A program made the translations under genes and the position numbers. The notes under the pieces are model-generated. The model was not told the origin of the DNA. It searched no databases and saw nothing but the letters and a program-made list of their open reading frames with translations. From positions 2,648 to 66,647 of the forward strand of contig JANPJU010000141.1 of the NCBI GenBank assembly GCA_031425675.1: a stretch of 64,000 nucleotides of DNA. Direction: 5' to 3'. Shown here piece by piece: positions 55,421-64,000 of this stretch. The DNA comes from Paracoccaceae bacterium. GTDB taxonomy: Bacteria; Pseudomonadota; Alphaproteobacteria; Rhodobacterales; Rhodobacteraceae. Numbering within the stretch: position 1 is the stretch's first letter; the number at the start of each line of letters is the position of its first letter.

Positions 55421-55446
55421 GTTAACGCAATGTTCTGCCCGTGTTC
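55421..55446. promoter_or_regulatory. LexA autoregulatory SOS box
   Basis: Perfect GTTC-N7-GTTC at 55432-55446 plus an in-register GTTA at 55421; lies just downstream of TTGACA on the minus strand. Confidence 0.85.
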
Positions 55447-55477
55447 CCGGTTTGTGTCAAGAAAATTTACCGCGCGT

Positions 55478-56647
55478 TCACAACGGCAAGTAGGAAACCG
55501 TTGTGCCGGCGCTACAGGGGCCTTCTCCCGAAGGTCGGATCAAAAGGGCATCGGCCTGCCCAAGGATCGACAACAGCGCCGAATCCTGCCGCTCGAACGG
55601 GGTGATGTCGGGCAGTCCGGCACCTTCGGACAGCCGTGCCCGCATGTAATGCGCGCGGGGGCCGTTTGCGGGCAGATCGACAATCAGACGCGCAAGGCGG
55701 GGCATCGGGGCAGGGGCCGGGTCGCCCAGCATGGCGCGCAGCATTGGCAGCAGGAACAGATGCCCGCAGACAATGGCCGACACCGGATTGCCTGGCAGAC
55801 CCAGCATCGGCACACCGAGCAAACGCCCTGCGATCAGGGGCTTGCCCGGGCGCATGGCGATTTTCCAGAACGCCCGCTCCAGCCCTGCAACGCGGCCCAC
55901 CAGATCATGATCCCCAACCGAAGCTCCGCCGATGGTCACGATCAGGTCGGCACCTTTGGCAAGGCCAAGGACCATCGCCAATTCGCTTTCCGTATCGCGG
56001 GCGATGGGCAAAAGCCGCGCCTCGCCGCCTTCCGCTTCAACCAGCGCCCTCAGGGCAAAGCTGTTGGACGCGATGATCTGGTCGGGGCGCGGATCTTCCC
56101 CCGGCATCACCAACTCGTCCCCCGTGGCGACCAGCGCGACCACCGGCTTGCGGGTGACCGGCACGGTGGGAATGTTCATTGCGGCCAGAAGGGCAAGGTC
56201 ATTCGGTCGCAATCGGCGGGGCGAAAGGCTGTCACCGGCGCGGAAATCCTGGCCAGGCGGGCGGATATGCGTTCCGGTATCCGCGCCGTCGCGCAAGATG
56301 ATCCGGTCACCCAGGGTGACCACATCTTCTTGGATGATGACCCGGGTCGCGCCCGCCGGCACGGGCGCGCCGGTGAAGATCCGCACGGCCTGACCGGGGC
56401 CGATCTGCGCGTGAAAGCTATGTCCCGCGCCGGCCTCGCCGATCACTTCGAAGACATCATCTGCGCCGGGGTTGCCTTGCACCGCGTAGCCATCCATCGC
56501 CGAGGCGGCGAACGGCGGCTGGTCGCGGGTGGCAACCGCAGGCGCGCACATCCAGCGGCCTGCTGCCTGTTCCAATGGTACGGTTTCGGCGACCAGCGGC
56601 TTTGCCATGGCAAGACACAGAGTCAGGGCATCTTCAACCGAAATCAT
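55478..56647 (-). CDS. moeA: Molybdopterin molybdotransferase
   Basis: SAMDGYAV, RIFTGAPVP, ATGDELV, GGASVGDHD, MRPGKP, LPGNPVS. Confidence 0.96.
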   Translation of the reverse strand: MISVEDALTLCLAMAKPLVAETVPLEQAAGRWMCAPAVATRDQPPFAASAMDGYAVQGNPGADDVFEVIGEAGAGHSFHAQIGPGQAVRIFTGAPVPAGATRVIIQEDVVTLGDRIILRDGADTGTHIRPPGQDFRAGDSLSPRRLRPNDLALLAAMNIPTVPVTRKPVVALVATGDELVMPGEDPRPDQIIASNSFALRALVEAEGGEARLLPIARDTESELAMVLGLAKGADLIVTIGGASVGDHDLVGRVAGLERAFWKIAMRPGKPLIAGRLLGVPMLGLPGNPVSAIVCGHLFLLPMLRAMLGDPAPAPMPRLARLIVDLPANGPRAHYMRARLSEGAGLPDITPFERQDSALLSILGQADALLIRPSGEGPCSAGTTVSYLPL

Positions 56648-57135
56648 CAGAGCGCCTCGTAACGGCCTGATTTACCGCCATCTTTCAGCACAAGCCGAAT
56701 GGTGTCGATCACCATGGATTTCTCCACCGCCTTGACCATGTCATAGACGGTCAGCGCCGCCACGGACACCGCCGTAAGCGCCTCCATTTCAACCCCGGTC
56801 TGGCCAGAGGTCTTGACCGTCGCCTCGATCCGCACGCCGGGAAGAGATGGATCGGCGGTCAGCTCAACCGCGACCTTGGTGATCGGCAGCGGGTGGCAGA
56901 GCGGGATCAGGTCAGCCGTCCGTTTGGCCGCCATGATTCCCGCCAGCCGCGCGACAGCAAGAACATCGCCTTTCCTGGCCCGGCCTTCGGTGATCAGCGC
57001 AAGGGTTTCGGCCGTCATGCGCACCGCACCCGTTGCCACGGCGATCCGGTCGGTCACCGGCTTGGACGACACGTCCACCATATGGGCAGCACCCTTGTCG
57101 TCGAAGTGCGAAAGGCCGCTGCTGCCCGAAGTCAT
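56647..57135 (-). CDS. moaC: Cyclic pyranopterin monophosphate synthase
   Basis: [37 protein letters not shown]. Confidence 0.97.
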   Translation of the reverse strand: MTSGSSGLSHFDDKGAAHMVDVSSKPVTDRIAVATGAVRMTAETLALITEGRARKGDVLAVARLAGIMAAKRTADLIPLCHPLPITKVAVELTADPSLPGVRIEATVKTSGQTGVEMEALTAVSVAALTVYDMVKAVEKSMVIDTIRLVLKDGGKSGRYEAL

Positions 57136-57944
57136 AGTCCGCCCTGCGCGGTCAGTGGACGGGCGAGAATTGCCCGCGTGGCGGCGGTAACGTCCGCCTG
57201 CCGCATCAGACTTTCGCCGATCAGAAAGCAGCGCGCGCCAAACTGGGCAAGGTCGGCCAGATCATCGGACGTATAAAGCCCGCTTTCGGCAATGATAAGC
57301 CGGTCTTCCGGCACCCGGCGCGCAAGGCGGCGGGTGGTTTCCAGCGTCACCTCGAACGAATGAAGATTGCGGTTGTTGATCCCGATCAGCGGCGACTTCA
57401 ACCGCGCGGCGCGTTCAAGCTCTGCCTCGTCATGCACTTCGATCAGCACGTCCATGCCAAGATCGAAGGCCGCACCCTCAAGTTCGGCGGCAAGCGTGTC
57501 ATCCAGGGACGCCATGATAAGAAGCACGCAATCGGCGTTCAGCGCGCGCGACTGGGTGACCTGCCAGGGGTCATACAGGAAATCCTTTCGCAGGCAGGGC
57601 AGGGTCACCGCTGCGTGGGCGGCCAGCAAATAGTCATCCGCGCCCTGAAACGACGGGCCATCGGTCAGCACCGACAGACAGGTGGCGCCGCCCGCCTCAT
57701 ACGCCTGGGCCAGCGCTGGCGGATCGAAATCGCCGCGGATCAGACCTTTTGAGGGGCTCGCCTTCTTTATCTCGGCGATCAGGCCATAACCGGTGGCGGC
57801 CGCGTCCCGCAAGGCGCGGGCAAAGCCGCGCGGCGGGGCGGCAGCGGCGGCAGCGGTCTCAAGCTCGCTCAGGGTGGTTGTCGCCTTCAGTTGCGCCACT
57901 TCGGCCAGCTTGTAGGTCTTGATGCGGTCAAGGATCGTGGTCAT
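57132..57944 (-). CDS. trpC: Indole-3-glycerol phosphate synthase
   Basis: [40 protein letters not shown]. Confidence 0.97.
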   Translation of the reverse strand: MTTILDRIKTYKLAEVAQLKATTTLSELETAAAAAAPPRGFARALRDAAATGYGLIAEIKKASPSKGLIRGDFDPPALAQAYEAGGATCLSVLTDGPSFQGADDYLLAAHAAVTLPCLRKDFLYDPWQVTQSRALNADCVLLIMASLDDTLAAELEGAAFDLGMDVLIEVHDEAELERAARLKSPLIGINNRNLHSFEVTLETTRRLARRVPEDRLIIAESGLYTSDDLADLAQFGARCFLIGESLMRQADVTAATRAILARPLTAQGGL

Positions 57945-57954
57945 CGGAGCCCCT

Positions 57955-58968
57955 TCAGGCGTTGGTCAGACGGGCAAGCGCCAAAACCTTGGCTCGGGCG
58001 GCACCGGAATCGATTGCCTCACGCGCCAACGCGACACCTTCGGCCAGCGTTCCCGCCCGGTCTGCCACAACCAACGCGGCTGCGGCGTTCAAAAGAACCG
58101 CGTCGCGGTAGGCGCCGGGGGCACCGTCCAGCAGCGCGCGGAAGGCGGTTGCATTCTCGGCCGGGGTGCCGCCAAGGATCGCCTCGAACGGGTGGGGGGG
58201 CAGGCCCGCATCTTCCGGGTGCAGCGTGAAATCATGCACCGCCCCGCCTTCGACCGCCGAAACGCTGGTCGCGCCGCAGATCGAGATTTCGTCGGTCCCG
58301 TCCGATCCGTGCACCAGCCAGGCCCTTTCGGTGCCAAGGGCCAGCAGGGTTTCGGCCATCGGACGGATCAGGGCGGGCGAAAACGCGCCGGTCAGCTGAC
58401 GCTTCACCCCGGCCGGGTTGGTCAAGGGGCCAAGGATGTTGAAGATCGTCCGCGTCCCCAGTTCGGCCCTGACCGGCATCACATGGCGGATCGCAGGGTG
58501 GTGCATCGGCGCCATCATGAAGCCGATCCCGGCCTCTGCCAGGCAGCGCTCCACTACCTCGGGGCCGACCATGACGTTCAGGCCCAATTCGGTCAGCGCA
58601 TCCGCCGCGCCGGACTTGGACGACAGATTTCGGTTGCCGTGTTTCGCCACGATCACACCCGCCCCGGCGACAACAAAGGCCGTGGCGGTTGAGATGTTGA
58701 GCGTCCCTTTCCCGTCGCCACCGGTGCCGACAATGTCCATCGCCCCTTCGGGCGCGGTCACGGGCAGGCATTTGCTGCGCATGACGGATGCGGCGGCGGC
58801 GTATTCATCGACCGTCTCGCCCCGCGTGCGCAGCGCCATCAGGAAACCGCCCATCTGGGCCGGGGTGCCTTGGCCTTCAAACAGCGCGTTGAAGGCGGCG
58901 GTCGCCTCCTCGCGCGTCAGGGGGCGACTGGCGGCAATGCCGATCAGCGGCTTCAACACATCGCTCAT
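57955..58968 (-). CDS. trpD: Anthranilate phosphoribosyltransferase
   Basis: [38 protein letters not shown]. Confidence 0.97.
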   Translation of the reverse strand: MSDVLKPLIGIAASRPLTREEATAAFNALFEGQGTPAQMGGFLMALRTRGETVDEYAAAASVMRSKCLPVTAPEGAMDIVGTGGDGKGTLNISTATAFVVAGAGVIVAKHGNRNLSSKSGAADALTELGLNVMVGPEVVERCLAEAGIGFMMAPMHHPAIRHVMPVRAELGTRTIFNILGPLTNPAGVKRQLTGAFSPALIRPMAETLLALGTERAWLVHGSDGTDEISICGATSVSAVEGGAVHDFTLHPEDAGLPPHPFEAILGGTPAENATAFRALLDGAPGAYRDAVLLNAAAALVVADRAGTLAEGVALAREAIDSGAARAKVLALARLTNA

Positions 58969-59552
58969 GCGGGAACCTTGGCCCGGGCGTCGTCAAGAAA
59001 GTTGCGCAACAGCTGGTGGCCATGCTCGCTGGCAATGGATTCCGGATGGAACTGCACGCCCTCGATCAGGTGGTGCTTGTGGCGCAGGCCCATGATCGTG
59101 CCGTCCTCGAGCCAGGCGGTGACCTCCAGGTCAGCCGGAAGGGTATCGCGGTCCACGACCAGGGAATGATAACGCGTGGCCTGGAAGGGCGACGGCAAGC
59201 CCCGGAACACGCCTTTGCCGACATGGTGCATCGTGCCCATCTTGCCATGGACAATCTCATGGCAGCGGATGACGCGGCCGCCAAACGCCTCTCCAATCGT
59301 CTGGTGACCAAGGCAGACGCCAAGAAGTGGAATGCCGGCCGTCGCGGCGGCGCGGGTCAGCGGCAGACAGATGCCGGCGGCGGAAGGGTCGCAGGGGCCG
59401 GGGGAAAGCACGATCACCTCTGGCCGCATCGCGAGCACGTCTTGCACCTGCAAGGCATCGTTGCGCTTGACGACGACATCTGCCCCAAGCTCACCCAGAT
59501 AGTGAACAAGGTTGTAGGTAAAGCTGTCATAGTTGTCGATCAGGAGGAGCAT
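58965..59552 (-). CDS. trpG: Anthranilate synthase component II (glutamine amidotransferase)
   Basis: [32 protein letters not shown]. Confidence 0.95.
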   Translation of the reverse strand: MLLLIDNYDSFTYNLVHYLGELGADVVVKRNDALQVQDVLAMRPEVIVLSPGPCDPSAAGICLPLTRAAATAGIPLLGVCLGHQTIGEAFGGRVIRCHEIVHGKMGTMHHVGKGVFRGLPSPFQATRYHSLVVDRDTLPADLEVTAWLEDGTIMGLRHKHHLIEGVQFHPESIASEHGHQLLRNFLDDARAKVPA

Positions 59553-59847
59553 GGCTGCGGGCCCTTCGCGTGGTTGGCAAGGTTATCGCCGATGCAAGGC
59601 GCGGTGTAAACCGGGGGCAGGGATGGGGCCGGGCGCAAGGACTGCGCCGGCCGCAAGGGAAATCAACGGCTTGGGGCTGGGCTTTCACACGGTCCCCGGC
59701 AATACGCCCGCGACCATGGCCCTCAAAGGCGCGAGGTCATGATCCGTACCCTGTTCCCCAACGAAGAATCGAAACTGCGGCCAGTCCGCACGCGCGACCG
59801 CACGCGCAGGACTGCGATCTTTCGCTTTAAGCCCGCGCTCCGCGCCG

Positions 59848-60590
59848 TCAGTCGCGGGCGTAACAGTCTTCATGGCGAAAGATGTCGTCCTCACCGAAAC
59901 AGGTGCCAGTTTGCACCTCGATCAGGACGATGGGCATGGTGCCGGGGTTTTCCAGCCGGTGGACCGCACCCAGCGGCACGTCCATCGACTGGTGTTCAGC
60001 GATCAGGCTGACCGTGTCCTCCACCGTCACGCGGGCATTGCCCTGAACGACAACCCAGTGTTCGGCCCGGTGGCGGTGTGACTGCAAGCTCAACGCCGCG
60101 CTGGCGTCGATATGGATGCATTTGACTTTAAACCGCTCATCACCACCGATCGGCTCATACCAGCCCCAAGGCCGCTGTTCCCGGGCAAAGGTGGTGGCCT
60201 GCGAAACCCGTTTCGATTTAAATCGGTCCAACGCCAGCCGCACCGATCGGGTTGAGCCTGCGTCCGCAACCAGGACAGGATCGCGGGTGGCGACGGCAAT
60301 AATGGTCTTCAGGCCGATCCCGACCAGTTGGATCCCCGCCACCTCGGGCCGCAGGTAGGTGTTTTCGCACGCCAAAGCAGTCGCATCGCCCTGCGCACCT
60401 TGAAGCGCACCACCGACAGCCGATCTGACCGTTCAATGATCGCATAGTCGATCGAGATGCTGTCGACCGCGTCCCAAGGGTCGGCGGCCAAGCGGACAAA
60501 GCCAATATCAGCCGTCGCAGCAACCAGAGCCGCGGTCGTGGCAGCCAGAATGGCAGGCACATGGCGGCGGGCGTGATCGATCCTGCCGCA
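59848..60590 (-). pseudogene. manC: Truncated, frameshifted mannose-1-phosphate guanylyltransferase/isomerase remnant
   Basis: SISIDYAIIER fragment in one frame; the cupin half (RPWG, LSLQSHRHRAEHWVVV, HRLENPG, EVQTG, EDDI) in another; N-terminal NTase domain absent. Confidence 0.75.
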
Positions 60591-60709
60591 TAGCTGATCG
60601 AAAGCGGGTTACGAAGTCATCAAGAATTCCAGGACGCTTTGTTAGTCAAGGACATGCCAGCCGGCCCTGTACCGCAATTGTCGCAAGCAAAACCCTGACA
60701 CCCAACGGT

Positions 60710-61753
60710 TCATATCTGGCCCCAGTCCAGCACCACCTTGCCCGAAAGGCCCGACCGCATGGCGTCAAATCCGTCATGAAAGCGGTCAACCGCAAACCGG
60801 TGGGTGATCACCCTGCGGATATCCAGACCGTTTTCCAGCATGGCAATCATCTTGTACCAGGTCTCGAAGATCTCCCGCCCGTAGACGCCCTTGATGGTGA
60901 TGGCCTTGAAGACGATGCGGCTCCAGTCCACTGGCGATTTGCCGGGGGGAATTCCCAACATGGCAATGCGGCCGCCCATGACCATGTGTTCGACCATCTG
61001 GTCAAGAGCCTGTTGTGAGCCTGACATCTCCATGCCCACATCAAACCCCTGCGACATCTTGAGGCTGGGATAAACCGACCGCAGATCAGTGGTCGCCACG
61101 TTCACCGGCACCACGTCCGCCACCTGTGCAGCAAGATCAAGCCGGGCCTGGTTGATGTCGGTGATCACCACATGCCGCGCACCAACGTGGCGCGCAACGG
61201 CTGCGGCCATGATGCCGATGGGACCAGCCCCGGTGATCAGCACATCCTCACCAATCAGATCAAAGGACAGGGCGGTGTGGACGGCATTGCCAAGGGGATC
61301 AAGGATCGCGCCGATCTCGTCATCAATCGCGTCGGGCAGGGGAACGACGTTGAACGCGGGCAGGCGCAGGTATTGGGCGAACGCTCCGGGCTCATTCACG
61401 CCGATGCCGCGCGTTTCGGGGTCCAGGTGAAAGCGGCCAGACCGGCTTTGGCGGCTGGTCTTGCCGATCAGGTGGCCCTCGCCGGAACAGCGCTGCCCAA
61501 GGCTCAGGCCTTCGACGTTGCGGCCGATCTCCACGATCTCACCGGCGAATTCGTGGCCGGTGACAAGGGGCACGGGCACGGTCCGCTGCGCCCAGTCGTC
61601 CCAGTTCCAGATGTGAATATCAGTGCCGCAGATGCCGGTCTTGTTGATTTTGATCAGCACGTCATCAGGGCCAATCTCTGGCACGGGACGGGTTTCCATC
61701 CAAAGGCCGGGTTCCGGTCTGGCCTTCACCAAAGCCTTCATTGCGTTGGTCAT
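60710..61753 (-). CDS. tdh: L-threonine 3-dehydrogenase
   Basis: [39 protein letters not shown]. Confidence 0.95.
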   Translation of the reverse strand: MTNAMKALVKARPEPGLWMETRPVPEIGPDDVLIKINKTGICGTDIHIWNWDDWAQRTVPVPLVTGHEFAGEIVEIGRNVEGLSLGQRCSGEGHLIGKTSRQSRSGRFHLDPETRGIGVNEPGAFAQYLRLPAFNVVPLPDAIDDEIGAILDPLGNAVHTALSFDLIGEDVLITGAGPIGIMAAAVARHVGARHVVITDINQARLDLAAQVADVVPVNVATTDLRSVYPSLKMSQGFDVGMEMSGSQQALDQMVEHMVMGGRIAMLGIPPGKSPVDWSRIVFKAITIKGVYGREIFETWYKMIAMLENGLDIRRVITHRFAVDRFHDGFDAMRSGLSGKVVLDWGQI

Positions 61754-62943
61754 TGCAAAACTCCCGTGGCTTTTCCGGCGGCAGCGAACGCGTCCAGGGC
61801 GACGTTCAGGTCATCGCGCGTCAGGGCCGCATTCATCTGGGTGCGGATGCGGGCCTGGCCTTTGGGGACGACCGGAAAGAAAAAGGGCGCGACATGCACA
61901 CCCCTTGTGTAAAGGTCTTCGGCCATGGCCTGCGCCAGTTTCGCGTCCCCCAGCATGACGGGTATGATCGGGTGCTCGCCCGGCAAAAGCGTGAATCCCG
62001 CATCGGCCAACCCTGCGCGCCAGTAGGTGGCGTTGTCGGCAAGGCGGGCACGCAGATCATCCGCCCCCTCGACAATGTCAAGCGCCGCCAAAGCCGCGCC
62101 CACAACAGCAGGCGGCAGCGCGTTGGAAAAAAGATAGGGCCGTGCGCGCTGGCGCAAAAGGTCAATCACCGGCTGCGGCCCGGCGATATAACCGCCCAGG
62201 GCACCGCCAAGCGCCTTGCCAAGCGTGCCGGTCAGAAGATCAACCGTCACCCCCGCCCGCGCCGGTGTGCCTGCGCCTTTGGGGCCGGTAAAGCCGGTGG
62301 CGTGGCAATCGTCCACCATGACCAGCGCGCCAAACCGGTCGGCCAAAGCCCGGATGTCCGGCAGGTTGGCGTAAAAGCCGTCCATGGAAAACACGCCATC
62401 CGTGGCAATCAGGATGAAACGCGCGCCATCTGCCCGGGCCTGTATCAGTTGCGCCTCAAGATCCGGCATGTCGCTGTTGGCATAGCGGTACCGCTTCGCC
62501 TTGCACAGCCGGATACCGTCAATGATGCTGGCATGGTTCAGCGCGTCAGAAATCACCGCGTCCTCGGGCCCGAAAAGCGGTTCGAACAGCCCACCATTGG
62601 CGTCGAAGCAGGCTGCGAACAGGATGCTGTCTTCCTGGTCCAAATACCCGGCAAGCCGCGTTTCCAGCTGCCGGTGCAGGTCTTGTGTGCCGCAGATGAA
62701 CCGGACGGATGCCATGCCGAATCCGTGCCCGTCCATCGCTGCCTTGGCAGCCGCAATCAGGCGCGGATCGTCCGCCAGACCAAGATAGTTGTTGGCGCAA
62801 AGGTTCAGCATCCGCCGCCCGGCCATCGCCACATGCGCGCCTTGCGCCCCGGAAATCAGGCGTTCCCGCTTCATCAGGCCATCCGCCTCGATCCCGGTCA
62901 GCGTGGTAAAGACATGCTCGATAAACGCGGTTTTGTCCGTCAT
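61750..62943 (-). CDS. kbl: 2-amino-3-ketobutyrate CoA ligase
   Basis: [50 protein letters not shown]. Confidence 0.95.
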   Translation of the reverse strand: MTDKTAFIEHVFTTLTGIEADGLMKRERLISGAQGAHVAMAGRRMLNLCANNYLGLADDPRLIAAAKAAMDGHGFGMASVRFICGTQDLHRQLETRLAGYLDQEDSILFAACFDANGGLFEPLFGPEDAVISDALNHASIIDGIRLCKAKRYRYANSDMPDLEAQLIQARADGARFILIATDGVFSMDGFYANLPDIRALADRFGALVMVDDCHATGFTGPKGAGTPARAGVTVDLLTGTLGKALGGALGGYIAGPQPVIDLLRQRARPYLFSNALPPAVVGAALAALDIVEGADDLRARLADNATYWRAGLADAGFTLLPGEHPIIPVMLGDAKLAQAMAEDLYTRGVHVAPFFFPVVPKGQARIRTQMNAALTRDDLNVALDAFAAAGKATGVLQ

Positions 62944-62999
62944 CACAGATTTTCCTCCGGTTTTGCGGAACATCGCAGATCAAACAGGCGTCGTCAACT

Positions 63000-63019
63000 T
63001 AACGGATGAAGTTCCGTTA
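63000..63019. promoter_or_regulatory. Candidate operator upstream of kbl-tdh
   Basis: Perfect palindrome TAACGGA-N6-TCCGTTA, 57 nt upstream of the kbl start. Confidence 0.5.
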
Positions 63020-63031
63020 CCACGGAATGAG

Positions 63032-63084
63032 TTGCTCTTTCTTCAAATACTCCACGGGGGTGCGGGGGTGTGAAACCCCCGCTT
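63032..63084 (+). repeat. Dispersed 53-bp palindromic element
   Basis: 47/53 identical to 48492-48544. Confidence 0.85.
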
Positions 63085-63092
63085 GCCTTGGT

Positions 63093-63647
63093 TCAGCTGT
63101 CCTGCACGATCAAAATTGCGCGCGCGGGTCCGTCATGCGAAGCAATTTCATGCGCCCGGTCGGCGCGGTAGCGGGCGACATCGCCGGGGTCCAGCCCCTC
63201 GGTCGCGTCGCCTGAGGTTACGCAAAGCCGCCCTTCCAGCACCGTCAGATGCTCCCGGCAGCCAGAGCCATGGGCGTCCGATACCAGCCGCGCACCGGCG
63301 GCGAAGACGAGTTCATAGACCTCATGACGGCCAACGGTTTCGGGGGCGGACAGGATGCGAATCTTGACGCCGCCCCGGTCAATCACTGGGGCAAAACTGG
63401 CCCGTGTGACCTCGATTCCCGGGGCGGTATTGCCTTCCAGAAGACCGGCAAAGTCCAGTTGCAGGGCCTGGGTCAGCGCCCAAAGCGTCGCAACGGTGGG
63501 CGAGGATTCGCCACGCTCGATCTGGCTGACCATGGACCGGCTGACCCCGGACAGTTTTGCCGCCGCATCCAGCGAAAGCCCGCGCGCTTTCCGCGCTTCG
63601 CGAAGACTGGCAGCAAGACGGTGATGGATGTCGGATCGGTCTGACAT
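63093..63647 (-). CDS. XRE-family HTH regulator with a C-terminal cupin domain
   Basis: LREARKARGLSL, GVSRSMVSQIERGESSPT, HGSGCREHL. Confidence 0.9.
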   Translation of the reverse strand: MSDRSDIHHRLAASLREARKARGLSLDAAAKLSGVSRSMVSQIERGESSPTVATLWALTQALQLDFAGLLEGNTAPGIEVTRASFAPVIDRGGVKIRILSAPETVGRHEVYELVFAAGARLVSDAHGSGCREHLTVLEGRLCVTSGDATEGLDPGDVARYRADRAHEIASHDGPARAILIVQDS

Positions 63648-63772
63648 GCCGGAACAGTGCCGGGGAAGAACGGGGGCGTCAACGGTCTGGCTTGTCGATA
63701 GCATCGTCACTCATCGTCTGGCGCTGCCCAGTCCCGCACGGCGACGAGAAGACGCAGTCGAACGAGGAGCGG

Positions 63773-64000
63773 TCAGGTGCCGCAATACGTAACATAATTG
63801 CCAAAGCCCGAAGGGGCGGGCAGCGTGAAGCCTTCGCGTTCCACAAATGGCTCACGAATTGCGGTCAAAAGTGCCTCGAACGGGGCCATGTCACCGCTGG
63901 TGGCGGCGGTCAGCGCCGCTTCCACCTGGTGATTGCGCGGGATCACGGCGGGGTTTGCTTGCAACAGGCGCCCATTGGCACCCGCCCCGGCACGGGCCTG
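63773..64000 (-). CDS. selO: C-terminal end of a SelO/YdiU protein adenylyltransferase (runs off the window)
   Basis: [10 protein letters not shown]...VTYCGT C-terminus. Confidence 0.8.
   Translation of the reverse strand, partial: QARAGAGANGRLLQANPAVIPRNHQVEAALTAATSGDMAPFEALLTAIREPFVEREGFTLPAPSGFGNYVTYCGT

Noticed and set aside
59560-59847. Short ORFs between trpG and the manC relic
   Set aside because: No recognisable motifs; probably promoter or junction DNA.

Overview
A high-GC alphaproteobacterial chromosomal window. Gene content and synteny (glnB-glnA, purMN-rnd, cobT/cobS, gatB, valS, gltA-gltX-comEC-lexA-moeA-moaC-trpCDG) point to Rhodobacteraceae; this is inferred, not searched. 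Most of it is housekeeping. It also holds one tRNA (CAU anticodon, Ile2-like), small accessory genes and several operators. I saw no CRISPR array, integrase or transposase. The strongest unexplained signals are: (1) a lone low-GC GT8-like glycosyltransferase gene bracketed by a perfect 48-bp duplication of a TetR gene 3' end, i.e. an integrase-less, potentially excisable islet; (2) a secreted-protein gene split at a T9 run with a downstream hairpin, restored by one extra T; (3) an 82-bp REP-like palindrome inserted in frame in nnr; (4) an operon of an exported vanadium haloperoxidase and a CRTAC1/ASPIC-UnbV protein, followed by a sensor-less Ser/Thr kinase; (5) a perfect LexA box over the start codon of a photolyase-like/DUF2256 operon; (6) low-GC variable blocks inside the conserved genes nnr and valS. 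All assignments come from reading motifs by eye; no searches were run. GC values are hand counts on sampled 60-nt lines.
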